64,000 bases of DNA, from the IMG/VR virus record IMGVR_UViG_2974637922_000001, positions 132,843-196,842 of that record. One strand, written 5' to 3'. Origin of the DNA: a virus. Its lineage: Duplodnaviria; Caudoviricetes. Made by a program: the position numbers and the translations under genes. Below the pieces are notes generated by a model that was given only the letters and a program-made list of their open reading frames with translations, was not told where the DNA came from and searched no databases. Below are positions 1-8,674 of this stretch, one piece after another; positions within the stretch are counted from its first letter, which is position 1; each line of letters opens with the position of its first letter.

Positions 1-1
1 C

Positions 2-1135
2 TGGGCAAAGGCAGACGCTGCTGATCCTGAAACTGGAGCAAAGGATACTATTCCTGGTTTGGTTGCTCTAGGTCAATCTTACAGTGGAGGTATTAACCCA
101 GCTGCCAAGAAAATCATAGAACAGGGTGGTGAAGAATCCATGAAACAAGCTTGGATGACTCAGAGAATTTCGGGTATTGATATCAGAACACAGGCAGACG
201 CCGAGAAGAAAGATACAGAACCTGATAGTCTTGATACTTTTATGGACGTACCTATGGGTAAATCCGGTGGTGTTGTTAATAGACTATCGGACGCTACTTC
301 TTTTGGATATGATCTTCGTAATATGACTATGTATTACCCACGTGCGGATCATAAAAATAAGTATGACCAAAACTCTTGGTCTGGTAACCCCAGAAAAGGT
401 TCAAACCGAGGTTACTATGCAGTTCTAGACGGTTGGAGAAAGTCTGTTCTATCTGGTGCCATGTATGGTCCTGAGATTAGTAATTTGGTAGATAGTCATA
501 GGGAAGAACTTACCAACGAAGTCCTCAAAAAGAGGGGAGATGAACCAAGACTAAGATCTGAAACTGAAGTTGATGAAGAACTCAGAAAGTTTAAGAAGAA
601 CTATGTTAAGTATCAGTACTCTATGCCTATGAGAGCCATTGCTTCTGCTTGGACAACTGGTATGATATCAAGACAGGATTATATCAAAGAGCTAAAGAGA
701 CTTAGTGATAAGGCTCTTGGTCAATTAGGTCCTGGTGGTGAGGTACATAGAGCTAGATTGGTAAAGGAAAGGGACGAGTCTCTTAATCAATATCTATCTG
801 AAATTGAAACTCATCAAGGTGTTGACGAACTATCTGAGGTTGACGAGGAGTGGTTGATGGAGAATATTGGAAGCAATCCTGTTATGAATATGGCTTTATC
901 TGAGTTTGGTAGAGGAGTTTTACGTAAGAAGTATCCAGCTGTTCTAGACGCGTTTGACGCGGGTATTGCTGACGGCAGTGTTTCTTCAGGTAACTCTTTG
1001 ACTGTTGGAAATAAAAAGAACGCTAAGAAACTTGTAGATCCGTCACAAGGGAAGTTCTTTGAGCACTTTGACTTGACAAACCAAGAAAACAGTGGTATGA
1101 TGGATACGTTAAAGAGGTTGAGGAAAACCCGTTAA
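2..1135 (+). CDS. Hypothetical protein, 5'-partial (frame open to the window edge)
   Basis: ORF 59..1135 has no stop upstream to position 2; no family recognised. Confidence 0.6.
   Translation, partial: WAKADAADPETGAKDTIPGLVALGQSYSGGINPAAKKIIEQGGEESMKQAWMTQRISGIDIRTQADAEKKDTEPDSLDTFMDVPMGKSGGVVNRLSDATSFGYDLRNMTMYYPRADHKNKYDQNSWSGNPRKGSNRGYYAVLDGWRKSVLSGAMYGPEISNLVDSHREELTNEVLKKRGDEPRLRSETEVDEELRKFKKNYVKYQYSMPMRAIASAWTTGMISRQDYIKELKRLSDKALGQLGPGGEVHRARLVKERDESLNQYLSEIETHQGVDELSEVDEEWLMENIGSNPVMNMALSEFGRGVLRKKYPAVLDAFDAGIADGSVSSGNSLTVGNKKNAKKLVDPSQGKFFEHFDLTNQENSGMMDTLKRLRKTR
1073..1101 (+). promoter_or_regulatory. Consensus host sigma-70 (early) promoter for the dam-sigma operon
   Basis: TTGACA-17 bp-TATGAT with an extended TG. 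Confidence 0.7.
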
Positions 1136-2016
1136 TGGCAAAACCATTATTCAAATGGACTGGGGGTAAGGGGCGACTCCTTCAAAAGTACACAGACCTA
1201 AACTTTTTCCCCGACTCTAGTCAGTTTGATACTTTCGTTGATTTGTTCTTTGGTGGGGGTGCTGTGACTATGTGGGTTGCTGAAAAGTATCCAGATAAGA
1301 AACTTATTATTAACGATCTCAATACTGAGATGATGAATCTGTATATTCAGATTCGAGATAACTGGGAAGAATTCAGGGAACACTACCTGCGCATCAGTGG
1401 GGTGTTTATTGAAACCCCTCAGGATAAAAGGAAAGCTTTATATAATTGTTATAAGAAACGATATGCCTGGAACTATAAGTGGTTGAGTGAAGCTGAGATA
1501 GCTGCTAACCTTTTGGTTATGTTAAAGACAAACTTTAACGGTATCTGGCAGGGATATATTATGTACGGCGGTAGATACTCTACACCCCCTGGACATATCA
1601 ATTACAAACCCACACTCTTTGATATCAATAAAGTAGAACAGTTCCGAGACGTTCTTTGTAGGTCTACAATATATAACCGTTCTTTTGAAGACGTACCTAT
1701 CCCTGAGAACTCTTGGGTATTTGCTGATCCTCCATATCGTGACACCAAGAAGATGTACTCCGACCAGTTCGACGATGAACTGCAGAGTAAATTAGCTAAC
1801 TTTTTAACTTCCAATAGCTGCTTATATGCGGAGTCTAATAAGGAAACCGGTGACGGTTTTTGGCAGGCACATTATCCAGAAGAACACATTAAGTTTCTAG
1901 ATCATAAGTATACCTGTGGTCACGGTGGTGCAGTAAACCCTGTAACTGAAGTTCTTATAAAGAACTATGGGAATAATATCCCACAACCAACTACCCTTGA
2001 TTCCTTTTTTAACTGA
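1135..2016 (+). CDS. dam: DNA adenine methyltransferase (D12/Dam family)
   Basis: KPLFKWTGGK, DLFFGGGAV, IND, ADPPY motifs; target specificity not determinable. Confidence 0.9.
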   Translation: MAKPLFKWTGGKGRLLQKYTDLNFFPDSSQFDTFVDLFFGGGAVTMWVAEKYPDKKLIINDLNTEMMNLYIQIRDNWEEFREHYLRISGVFIETPQDKRKALYNCYKKRYAWNYKWLSEAEIAANLLVMLKTNFNGIWQGYIMYGGRYSTPPGHINYKPTLFDINKVEQFRDVLCRSTIYNRSFEDVPIPENSWVFADPPYRDTKKMYSDQFDDELQSKLANFLTSNSCLYAESNKETGDGFWQAHYPEEHIKFLDHKYTCGHGGAVNPVTEVLIKNYGNNIPQPTTLDSFFN

Positions 2017-2018
2017 TT

Positions 2019-2711
2019 ATGCAAAAGAAAAACCGTATCTCCCACGAAGAAGAAATCAAACTATGTCGCCAAGCACAACTACATGATCATACATCCAAGT
2101 ATGCTATGACTAAAATGGTTAACGCTAATATTGGGTTGGTTGAAAAACTTGCCAACAAACTCTACATCAAGAATGATCAATACTCTTTTGATGACCTATA
2201 CCAAGAGGGTGTATTTGGTCTTATCAGAGGAGTGAATAAGTTTGATCCTAGTGTTGGGTGTAGGTTTTCCACATATTCATACTACTGGATCTATAGTTAT
2301 ATCATGAGGTATTGTGAGAATAACCTAGGTAAGATCCGTATTCCCACTCACCTCCGTGAGAAGATGAGGAAACAGAAAGATAATAAGGTAGAGTTGGACA
2401 GACTAAAGTCCAAAGTCCCGTCAGTAGTATCATTAAATACAATAGTGGGTGAATCACTATCCTTGGATAATGTAGTTACATACACCGAGAATATCTCATT
2501 TGATGATGAGATGGAACATGTTTTGGTTGTTATGGATGAGGTTTTGGATGAAAGAGAACACCAGGTTCTCTGTAGTAGGTTTGGTATTGGTGGCGAGAAG
2601 CCACTATCCCAGAGAGAGTGTGCTAAACTACACAATGTTACCCATGGTGCTATCTATTTGATTGAGAAGAAATCAATCAAGAAAATCAAACACCATATGG
2701 GGTATAAATAA
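2019..2711 (+). CDS. Sigma-70 family RNA polymerase sigma factor
   Basis: Region 2 DLYQEGVFGLIRGVNKFDPSVGCRFSTYSYYWI, IRIP, region 4 LDERE..SRFGI..LSQRECAK. Confidence 0.9.
   Translation: MQKKNRISHEEEIKLCRQAQLHDHTSKYAMTKMVNANIGLVEKLANKLYIKNDQYSFDDLYQEGVFGLIRGVNKFDPSVGCRFSTYSYYWIYSYIMRYCENNLGKIRIPTHLREKMRKQKDNKVELDRLKSKVPSVVSLNTIVGESLSLDNVVTYTENISFDDEMEHVLVVMDEVLDEREHQVLCSRFGIGGEKPLSQRECAKLHNVTHGAIYLIEKKSIKKIKHHMGYK
2703..2710 (+). promoter_or_regulatory. T4-type late promoter
   Basis: TATAAATA upstream of ATG 2728. Confidence 0.75.
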
Positions 2712-2727
2712 TACTATAGTAGATTCT

Positions 2728-3942
2728 ATGACGATGAGATCGTTTCTAACATTCCTAACTGAGGCTCGTTCTCGTGCATCTAAAAGAGCCAAAGAGTTGG
2801 GACTCACTGGCAACGGTCATGGTGGATGGGAAGATAGCGAAGGTAACCTAGTCGCTATGACTGTGAAGGGTGATCTGGAGTTTGTGAAGGGAAGAGAACC
2901 CAAAGAGGAAGAAGAACCCGATGAAAAGACTTCTGCCCCTGAAGAGGAACCAACATCCAACAAAGCGCCTGGGGTAGATCCAGAAAATACAGATACCCCA
3001 CAACAGGAACAACCAGCACCTGTTCCCAAAGATAAAGGTATTCTAACTGTTGCTTTCGGTAGGTTTAACCCTCCTACTATTGGGCATGAGAAGTTAATTA
3101 ATACGGTAGCATCATATTCCGAGGATGGAGATTATATTATTGTTCCTTCCCGTAGTGAAGATAAGAAGAAGAATCCTCTAGATGTTGATACAAAAGTCAG
3201 CATCATGAGGCAGATGTATCCACAACATGCCGAGAAGATTGTTAACGATCCACATAACAGAACCATCTTTGATGTTATGCGTAAGGCGCATAATGATGGT
3301 TACGCTGGTATTAGGATTGTTGGTGGTGGAGATAGAGTTAAGGAATATGAGAAGTTAGCCAACGCATATAACGGATCTACCTATCAGTTTGATGAAATTG
3401 ATATAGTAAACGCTGGTGACAGGGATCCAGATGCGGAAGGTGCGGAAGGTATGTCTGCCTCCAAGATGAGAAAGGCGGCAGCTGATAATGACTTTGCTTC
3501 TTTTAGAAAGGGAATGCCAAAGACTCTCAGTAACGACCAGATGGTTTCTATCTACACTCAGGTTCAGAAGTCTATGGGTGTAACACCTAAGGAAGCTGTA
3601 ATTGAAAACTGGAAAGTTGCTCCTAGACTGTATCCACAGGAACTGAGAGAGGCTTATATCCAAAACGAAATCTATAATATTGGTGATACTGTCAGTCATG
3701 ACACCACTGGTATGGTAGGTAAGATCGTAAGAAAGGGAACCAATCACCTCATTTGTGTAACAGAAAGTGAAGAGATGTTTAAGACCTGGACACAGGATGT
3801 GAGTCCTGCCGACCTAAAACCACAACCAGCAATCTCTACTCCAAAGGAGAGGGAAGTTGGAACAGATTCCCTCAGATCTTTCCTTCAGAGAATCACTCCA
3901 GGGGAGAAAGAGCAATCCTTTATAAATAAACATAAGAAATAA
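2728..3942 (+). CDS. Cytidyltransferase-like protein (conserved in cyanomyoviruses)
   Basis: AFGRFNPPTIGHEKL (HxGH-type), KKNPL, MSASKMR; start placed after the late promoter. Confidence 0.85.
   Translation: MTMRSFLTFLTEARSRASKRAKELGLTGNGHGGWEDSEGNLVAMTVKGDLEFVKGREPKEEEEPDEKTSAPEEEPTSNKAPGVDPENTDTPQQEQPAPVPKDKGILTVAFGRFNPPTIGHEKLINTVASYSEDGDYIIVPSRSEDKKKNPLDVDTKVSIMRQMYPQHAEKIVNDPHNRTIFDVMRKAHNDGYAGIRIVGGGDRVKEYEKLANAYNGSTYQFDEIDIVNAGDRDPDAEGAEGMSASKMRKAAADNDFASFRKGMPKTLSNDQMVSIYTQVQKSMGVTPKEAVIENWKVAPRLYPQELREAYIQNEIYNIGDTVSHDTTGMVGKIVRKGTNHLICVTESEEMFKTWTQDVSPADLKPQPAISTPKEREVGTDSLRSFLQRITPGEKEQSFINKHKK
3921..3928 (+). promoter_or_regulatory. T4-type late promoter
   Basis: TATAAATA upstream of ATG 3962. 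Confidence 0.75.
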
Positions 3943-3961
3943 GACAGTTCCTTTTTAGAAG

Positions 3962-5458
3962 ATGGATTTCAACGTAACCGAAGCTGTCGAGCTAATCGTA
4001 TTGTTAGCCGAGACAGAACAGCTAACACTACAAGATGCTCTACAGGAGTTCCTATCAGAGACCGAATTGGACTCTGAAACGGCATCCCATCTAAAGGGTG
4101 CCCTCTTTGAGAAATATTCACTCAGGGAGATGGCTACTGACGCCGTAACAAACGCTATGATGAAAGTGTTTGTTAGTCGTCCAGTAGTAGAAGAGGAAGT
4201 GGAGACTCCTGATGGTAATCTCTATTTTGTAGAGGTTGAACTAGAGGAGGAAGTTCTAGAAGGTTATCTAACCCTAGAAGAAATCCAGAATATGAGAGTG
4301 GATGCTGATGTTCTATCCGTTAAGTTAGTTGATGAAGGTGTTCGTGACACTGACGCCGAGAAAGGAACAGAGGAAAGAAAGAAACGCCTTGAGAAGAAGC
4401 GTGGAATGAAGTTGGACGACCATCCTCAGTATCTGGAAACAGATATGAAGAAGCGTCAGGAGAATAACGAGAAGGCTCGTAAGGATATGGATAAAGTGAA
4501 GGGTCAGAAGAACCCCCACTTCGAAGAGTATGATATTTCTGAAGGTCGCAAAGAAGGTGAGTCTTCTAAAGATTACGCCGATAGAATGACTAAGAAGTAT
4601 TCTGGTGGTAAGTCTAAGTCCTATGATCCCATGAAGGATAAGAACTTCGACCATGACAAGGCAGAAAGAACCCGTGGTTCTATGGAAGAAGGTCTAGACG
4701 CCGTAGGTGGCGAAGACGCTGACATTAATAACGATAATAAGGTTGATAAGACTGATAAGTATCTACACAATCGTCGTAAGGCTATCGGAAAGGCGATGAA
4801 GAAGGAATCAGCTTGGGCTGAGTATCTAAATCGTAGAGGAATCTCTGAGGAAGTATTCTCTGAAGGTGACCTAATTGATGCAGGTCGTAAGAATGAGGGA
4901 GAAAGAAGGGGAAAAAAGATTACCGGGGAGGGTGTTGATAACTCCTCCTCTGTGAAGTTGATGCCTCGTATCGCTGAAGCTGCTATTATCACTGAGAAGT
5001 CAGAGAGTAAGTCACAACAGCGTCTCTTTGGTATGGTAAGAGCAGCTCAGAAGGGTGAGAAACCCGCCTCTGGTAAGGTTGCTGAACTAGCTTCTAAGGT
5101 TGGTAAGAAAGACGTTCTAGACTTCGCTAAGACAAAACACAAGGGTTTGAAAGAGAACTGTTGTGATAAGTGTGGCACTCCTGATTGTACTTGTGATGAG
5201 AAGCCCAAGGCTAAGAAAAAGAAAGCTAAACTAGATGAAGCAGGGATGCCTATTCTAGAGTATTCTAGAAACAACGCTGAAGGTCCTACACCTGAAATGA
5301 TTGATCCTCCAAAGGATGAAGAAGGTAAGAAGGGTGTAAAGAACCCTAAAGGTAAGGCTAAGAGACCTGGTGCAGGTGACAGAAGACCTAACGACGGTGG
5401 TTCCGAACTACCATTCGATATGGGAACCGTACCTGGTGGCGGCGGTTGTGGTTGCTAA
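3962..5458 (+). CDS. Late, highly charged protein; probable virion/internal head protein
   Basis: Late promoter; modules such as LDAVGGEDADINND and SKSQQRLFGMV seen in T4-like cyanophage proteins. Confidence 0.6.
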   Translation: MDFNVTEAVELIVLLAETEQLTLQDALQEFLSETELDSETASHLKGALFEKYSLREMATDAVTNAMMKVFVSRPVVEEEVETPDGNLYFVEVELEEEVLEGYLTLEEIQNMRVDADVLSVKLVDEGVRDTDAEKGTEERKKRLEKKRGMKLDDHPQYLETDMKKRQENNEKARKDMDKVKGQKNPHFEEYDISEGRKEGESSKDYADRMTKKYSGGKSKSYDPMKDKNFDHDKAERTRGSMEEGLDAVGGEDADINNDNKVDKTDKYLHNRRKAIGKAMKKESAWAEYLNRRGISEEVFSEGDLIDAGRKNEGERRGKKITGEGVDNSSSVKLMPRIAEAAIITEKSESKSQQRLFGMVRAAQKGEKPASGKVAELASKVGKKDVLDFAKTKHKGLKENCCDKCGTPDCTCDEKPKAKKKKAKLDEAGMPILEYSRNNAEGPTPEMIDPPKDEEGKKGVKNPKGKAKRPGAGDRRPNDGGSELPFDMGTVPGGGGCGC

Positions 5459-5484
5459 ATAGTGATGTAGTTTTTAGGTATTAC

Positions 5485-5661
5485 ATGTCAAAAGTAGTGA
5501 GTCTACTCAAGCCAGCACTTCTCTGGTTACGTGATTCTACCGAAGTGAAGAAGTTAGTAATTGAACTCCTCCAGCGTTACGCTGAGAGTACGAAGACTGA
5601 TGTTGATGATTTACTCGTCGCCACAGTCAGTAAAGCACTCCTCCCCGAAGGAGTTGAGTGA
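5485..5661 (+). CDS. Small hypothetical protein
   Basis: ATG start after a CTAAATA late-like motif; 58 aa. Confidence 0.6.
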   Translation: MSKVVSLLKPALLWLRDSTEVKKLVIELLQRYAESTKTDVDDLLVATVSKALLPEGVE

Positions 5662-5834
5662 TGGAGTGTTTGTTAGTATCCCATACTACGTTTTGGGTAC
5701 TAACAGGCGCGTTACTTCTTTCTGAAGCTATCGGTGAAACCAAATGGATTAAATCCAATGGAATTTTGTCATTCATCTTTGAACTTTTAGAGCAACTAGC
5801 TCGTATAGTCCGAAAGGCACTATATCAACGTTAA
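5661..5834 (+). CDS. Small hydrophobic hypothetical protein (not in ORF track)
   Basis: MECLLVSHTTFWVLTGALLLSEAIGETKWIKSNGIL..., 57 aa, TGATG-coupled to the previous gene. Confidence 0.6.
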   Translation: MECLLVSHTTFWVLTGALLLSEAIGETKWIKSNGILSFIFELLEQLARIVRKALYQR

Positions 5835-5868
5835 CCTAGGGGGTATTCAAAACCTTCTAGGTTTTTTC
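5833..5868 (+). terminator. Rho-independent terminator
   Basis: AACCTAG...CTAGGTT stem followed by a T tract. Confidence 0.6.
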
Positions 5869-5870
5869 TA

Positions 5871-5878
5871 TATAAATA
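5871..5878 (+). promoter_or_regulatory. T4-type late promoter
   Basis: TATAAATA. Confidence 0.75.
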
Positions 5879-5913
5879 AAACTACCGGATATTCACACTA
5901 AAGGAATCAACAA

Positions 5914-6720
5914 ATGGCACTCTGGGGAAACAAAGACAATTTATCAGGTCCAACTCCAGTTACTATTGTCGGCACAGCAACCTCCGAGTTTTGGACTGCT
6001 GCCGCAACTGGAATTGGCACTATCGCAACAGGAACAACCATCGTATTAGGTGATGGTGGTTCAGCAGGTTTTGCAGTCATCGAAGCAAGTTTGGGGGCAG
6101 ACCTAGTAAAGGTTAACCACCTATCAGCACTTGCTGGATCTAACTCGGCTGTATATTCACTACAACCTATTTCACTTAAGAACGATCCTGGATACGCACC
6201 TACTTCAGCCGATGGCTCACTAGGACGTACTCAGAGACCAGTTGGTTTGAGTTCTGCAAACATGACAGCATCAGCTGGAACTGTGTGGGAAGCTGATCAC
6301 AGTGGTTGGGTTGGAGTTACAACCTACATGGACAACTCAGCAACACCTCCAGTGATGCGTGTTAAGAAGGAAGTTCTAGTCGCTATGTCTGGTATTCAGA
6401 CTGGTGGACGTGAGTATCCTGGTATGTTCAGTAACGCAGCTGCCGCAGTTGTTATTGGTGCAGCATCCGTAAGTGGTTCTGCCACACCTGTAGCACTCAC
6501 ACCATCAGCATATACAGTATCTACTGCTTCAGCAACCGCTGGTGACCTAACCTATGTTTGGTCTACTAACGATGGTTCTGCTACAATTACTGGTGGCACT
6601 ACAACTACCGCTAACATTGGATTCAGTACAGCTGGTAGCTACAACGTTACTTGTACAGTTTCTTCTGGAACTGCCTCTGATTCACCATCAGCAGATACAC
6701 TTGCAGTAGTCGCTAGCTGA
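5914..6720 (+). CDS. Virion structural protein with a C-terminal PKD/Ig-like domain
   Basis: MALWGNKD start, HSGWVGVTTY, RVKKEVLVAM; C-terminal TYVWS..FSTAGSYNVTCTVS; late promoter. Confidence 0.7.
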   Translation: MALWGNKDNLSGPTPVTIVGTATSEFWTAAATGIGTIATGTTIVLGDGGSAGFAVIEASLGADLVKVNHLSALAGSNSAVYSLQPISLKNDPGYAPTSADGSLGRTQRPVGLSSANMTASAGTVWEADHSGWVGVTTYMDNSATPPVMRVKKEVLVAMSGIQTGGREYPGMFSNAAAAVVIGAASVSGSATPVALTPSAYTVSTASATAGDLTYVWSTNDGSATITGGTTTTANIGFSTAGSYNVTCTVSSGTASDSPSADTLAVVAS

Positions 6721-6736
6721 TAACCAAGAGTAAGAG

Positions 6737-7120
6737 ATGAGATTTGACGAACTAAATGATGATAATTATCTCTTGTTTGCTATCAAGTTTTACGAGAACC
6801 CTCACGCGGTAACCCGTGATGATTTTGAGGATGATCTGAAGAAGATTAAGTATGTTAAACGTCTACTAAGACGTTATAGAAATATGGGTGTGTTAAAAAC
6901 GCACCTCATACTTAATCACTTGATAGTATTATTCAATGTATTTGGGGATGCTGCCGTTCCCCTCCTGTTCTATAACATAGAAAAGGACCTATGGCCAGCA
7001 CTGAAGGGGTTCCTTGTGTTTATGCACAAACTTCCTGAGTTTCCTAGGACACTTATGGACGAGGTTCCCTTAGACGAATATTGCCTAGAACAACTGGAGA
7101 ACATAGATGAGTCATCCTAA
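6737..7120 (+). CDS. Conserved T4-like phage hypothetical protein
   Basis: MRFDELNDDNYLLFAIKFYENP...HLILNHLIVLFNVFG, typical upstream of gp61. Confidence 0.8.
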   Translation: MRFDELNDDNYLLFAIKFYENPHAVTRDDFEDDLKKIKYVKRLLRRYRNMGVLKTHLILNHLIVLFNVFGDAAVPLLFYNIEKDLWPALKGFLVFMHKLPEFPRTLMDEVPLDEYCLEQLENIDESS

Positions 7121-7292
7121 ACTAGATATTCTAATAGAAGCCTTCAGGAAACTGAGGGAAGACGCAGGGATGACTGTAGGTGGTGGTAACATTGCCGGTA
7201 TGCCTCCAGAAGATACTGATCCCCCTGTGGATCTAAAGAAGAAAAAGAAGAAGGTATTATCTACCTTCCGTAGAAGTTTACCCAACCAGTAG
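7107..7292 (+). CDS. Hypothetical protein
   Basis: ORF overlapping the previous gene; poly-Lys C-terminus. Confidence 0.65.
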   Translation: MSHPKLDILIEAFRKLREDAGMTVGGGNIAGMPPEDTDPPVDLKKKKKKVLSTFRRSLPNQ

Positions 7293-7299
7293 GAAATTT

Positions 7300-7686
7300 A
7301 TGTTCCAGAGGAATGACAATGTGAAATTGGCAGTCCTTGAGGAGAAACTAAGTACAACATCTGAAGTTATCTCCAAGCTTGATGAAAATATCGAGCAACT
7401 TAGTCATCTGAGTGTCAATGTCAGCAAAATGTTAGCTGTCCACGAAGAAAAGATAGAGGTTTCCAGAGAAGCCCACCTAGAAACTGAAAAGGAAATAGGA
7501 GAACTATCAGACAGATTAGAAGAAAAGTATAAATGTTTAGCTAAAAGACTCACTGCTTTGGAGTTTAGAGTCTGGATGGCTGCGGGCGCCTTTGCTATTA
7601 TAGGTATCTGCCTCCAAATTGGTATTATAGAGGGCGTCACATTATCCCAAAAGTCTGTTATAATGGAGGTGTCCCAGACTGAGTGA
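7300..7686 (+). CDS. Coiled-coil protein with a C-terminal transmembrane helix
   Basis: KLAVLEEK..KMLAVHEEKI; VWMAAGAFAIIGICL. Confidence 0.7.
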   Translation: MFQRNDNVKLAVLEEKLSTTSEVISKLDENIEQLSHLSVNVSKMLAVHEEKIEVSREAHLETEKEIGELSDRLEEKYKCLAKRLTALEFRVWMAAGAFAIIGICLQIGIIEGVTLSQKSVIMEVSQTE

Positions 7687-7693
7687 ATACTGA

Positions 7694-8674
7694 ATGGATT
7701 TTGTTGATTCCAAGTTCATAAGTCTAGTATCCTCTCGCTTAGAGAAGTTCAAACAGAAGAAGTCTGACCTGTATAACTGCAGGTGTCCCATTTGTGGAGA
7801 CTCTTCTAGGAACCGAACTAAAGCGAGGGGATATATTTATGCAGTGAAACAAAATACAAACTACAAATGTCACAACTGTGGTGTGAGTATGTCATTCTCT
7901 AACTTCCTGAAGGAGATAGATCCAGTATTACATAAGCAATATGTCTTTGAGAAGTTCAAGGGAAAGAACTCTACGCCCATCAAGAACGTTAAGTCAGTTC
8001 TGGATAAGTTTTCCTACGAACCCAAGTTCAAGAAGAAGACAAAGATTGATTTGCCCTCCGCCTTTGATGTAAAACTATCTAAGGAGTATCTGGATAACAG
8101 AAAGATTACCTCTGGGGAGTTTTATTACACAGATAACTTCAAAGAGTTTGTGAATGTAATCAAACCAAGAACGTTTGATGACGAACGTGGGGGACCTAGA
8201 ATTGTAATTCCCCTGTATGACAGGGATGGTGTATTGTTTGGGTTACAGGGAAGATCTCTTCTCCCCAGTAAGGTTAAATACATCACAATCATCCTTGATG
8301 AAGACCAACCAAAAGTGTATGGTTTGGAGAAGATAGACCCCACACAGAGGGTTTATCTAGTGGAGGGTCCTTTCGATTCCACATTCATAAATAACTCACT
8401 CGCTATGTGTGGTGCTGATGTAGTATTAGATACACTGGGACTACAAGAACTAGTATATGTGTACGATAACGAACCTCGTAACAGGGAGATCTGCAATAGG
8501 ATCAATAAAGTTATCGATCAGGGTAAGAAGGTTGTTATTTTCCCCACAAATATAGAACAAAAGGACATCAATGATATGATCTTAGCAGGGCATGATATAA
8601 TGACTGTATTGGGATCCAATGTCTACCAAGGACTAACTGCTAAAATTAAGTATAACGAATGGAAAAGATTATGA
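7694..8674 (+). CDS. gp61: DNA primase (T4 gp61)
   Basis: Zn finger CPICGDS..KCHNC, TOPRIM VEGPFDS, YDNEPRN, KDINDM. Confidence 0.95.
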   Translation: MDFVDSKFISLVSSRLEKFKQKKSDLYNCRCPICGDSSRNRTKARGYIYAVKQNTNYKCHNCGVSMSFSNFLKEIDPVLHKQYVFEKFKGKNSTPIKNVKSVLDKFSYEPKFKKKTKIDLPSAFDVKLSKEYLDNRKITSGEFYYTDNFKEFVNVIKPRTFDDERGGPRIVIPLYDRDGVLFGLQGRSLLPSKVKYITIILDEDQPKVYGLEKIDPTQRVYLVEGPFDSTFINNSLAMCGADVVLDTLGLQELVYVYDNEPRNREICNRINKVIDQGKKVVIFPTNIEQKDINDMILAGHDIMTVLGSNVYQGLTAKIKYNEWKRL

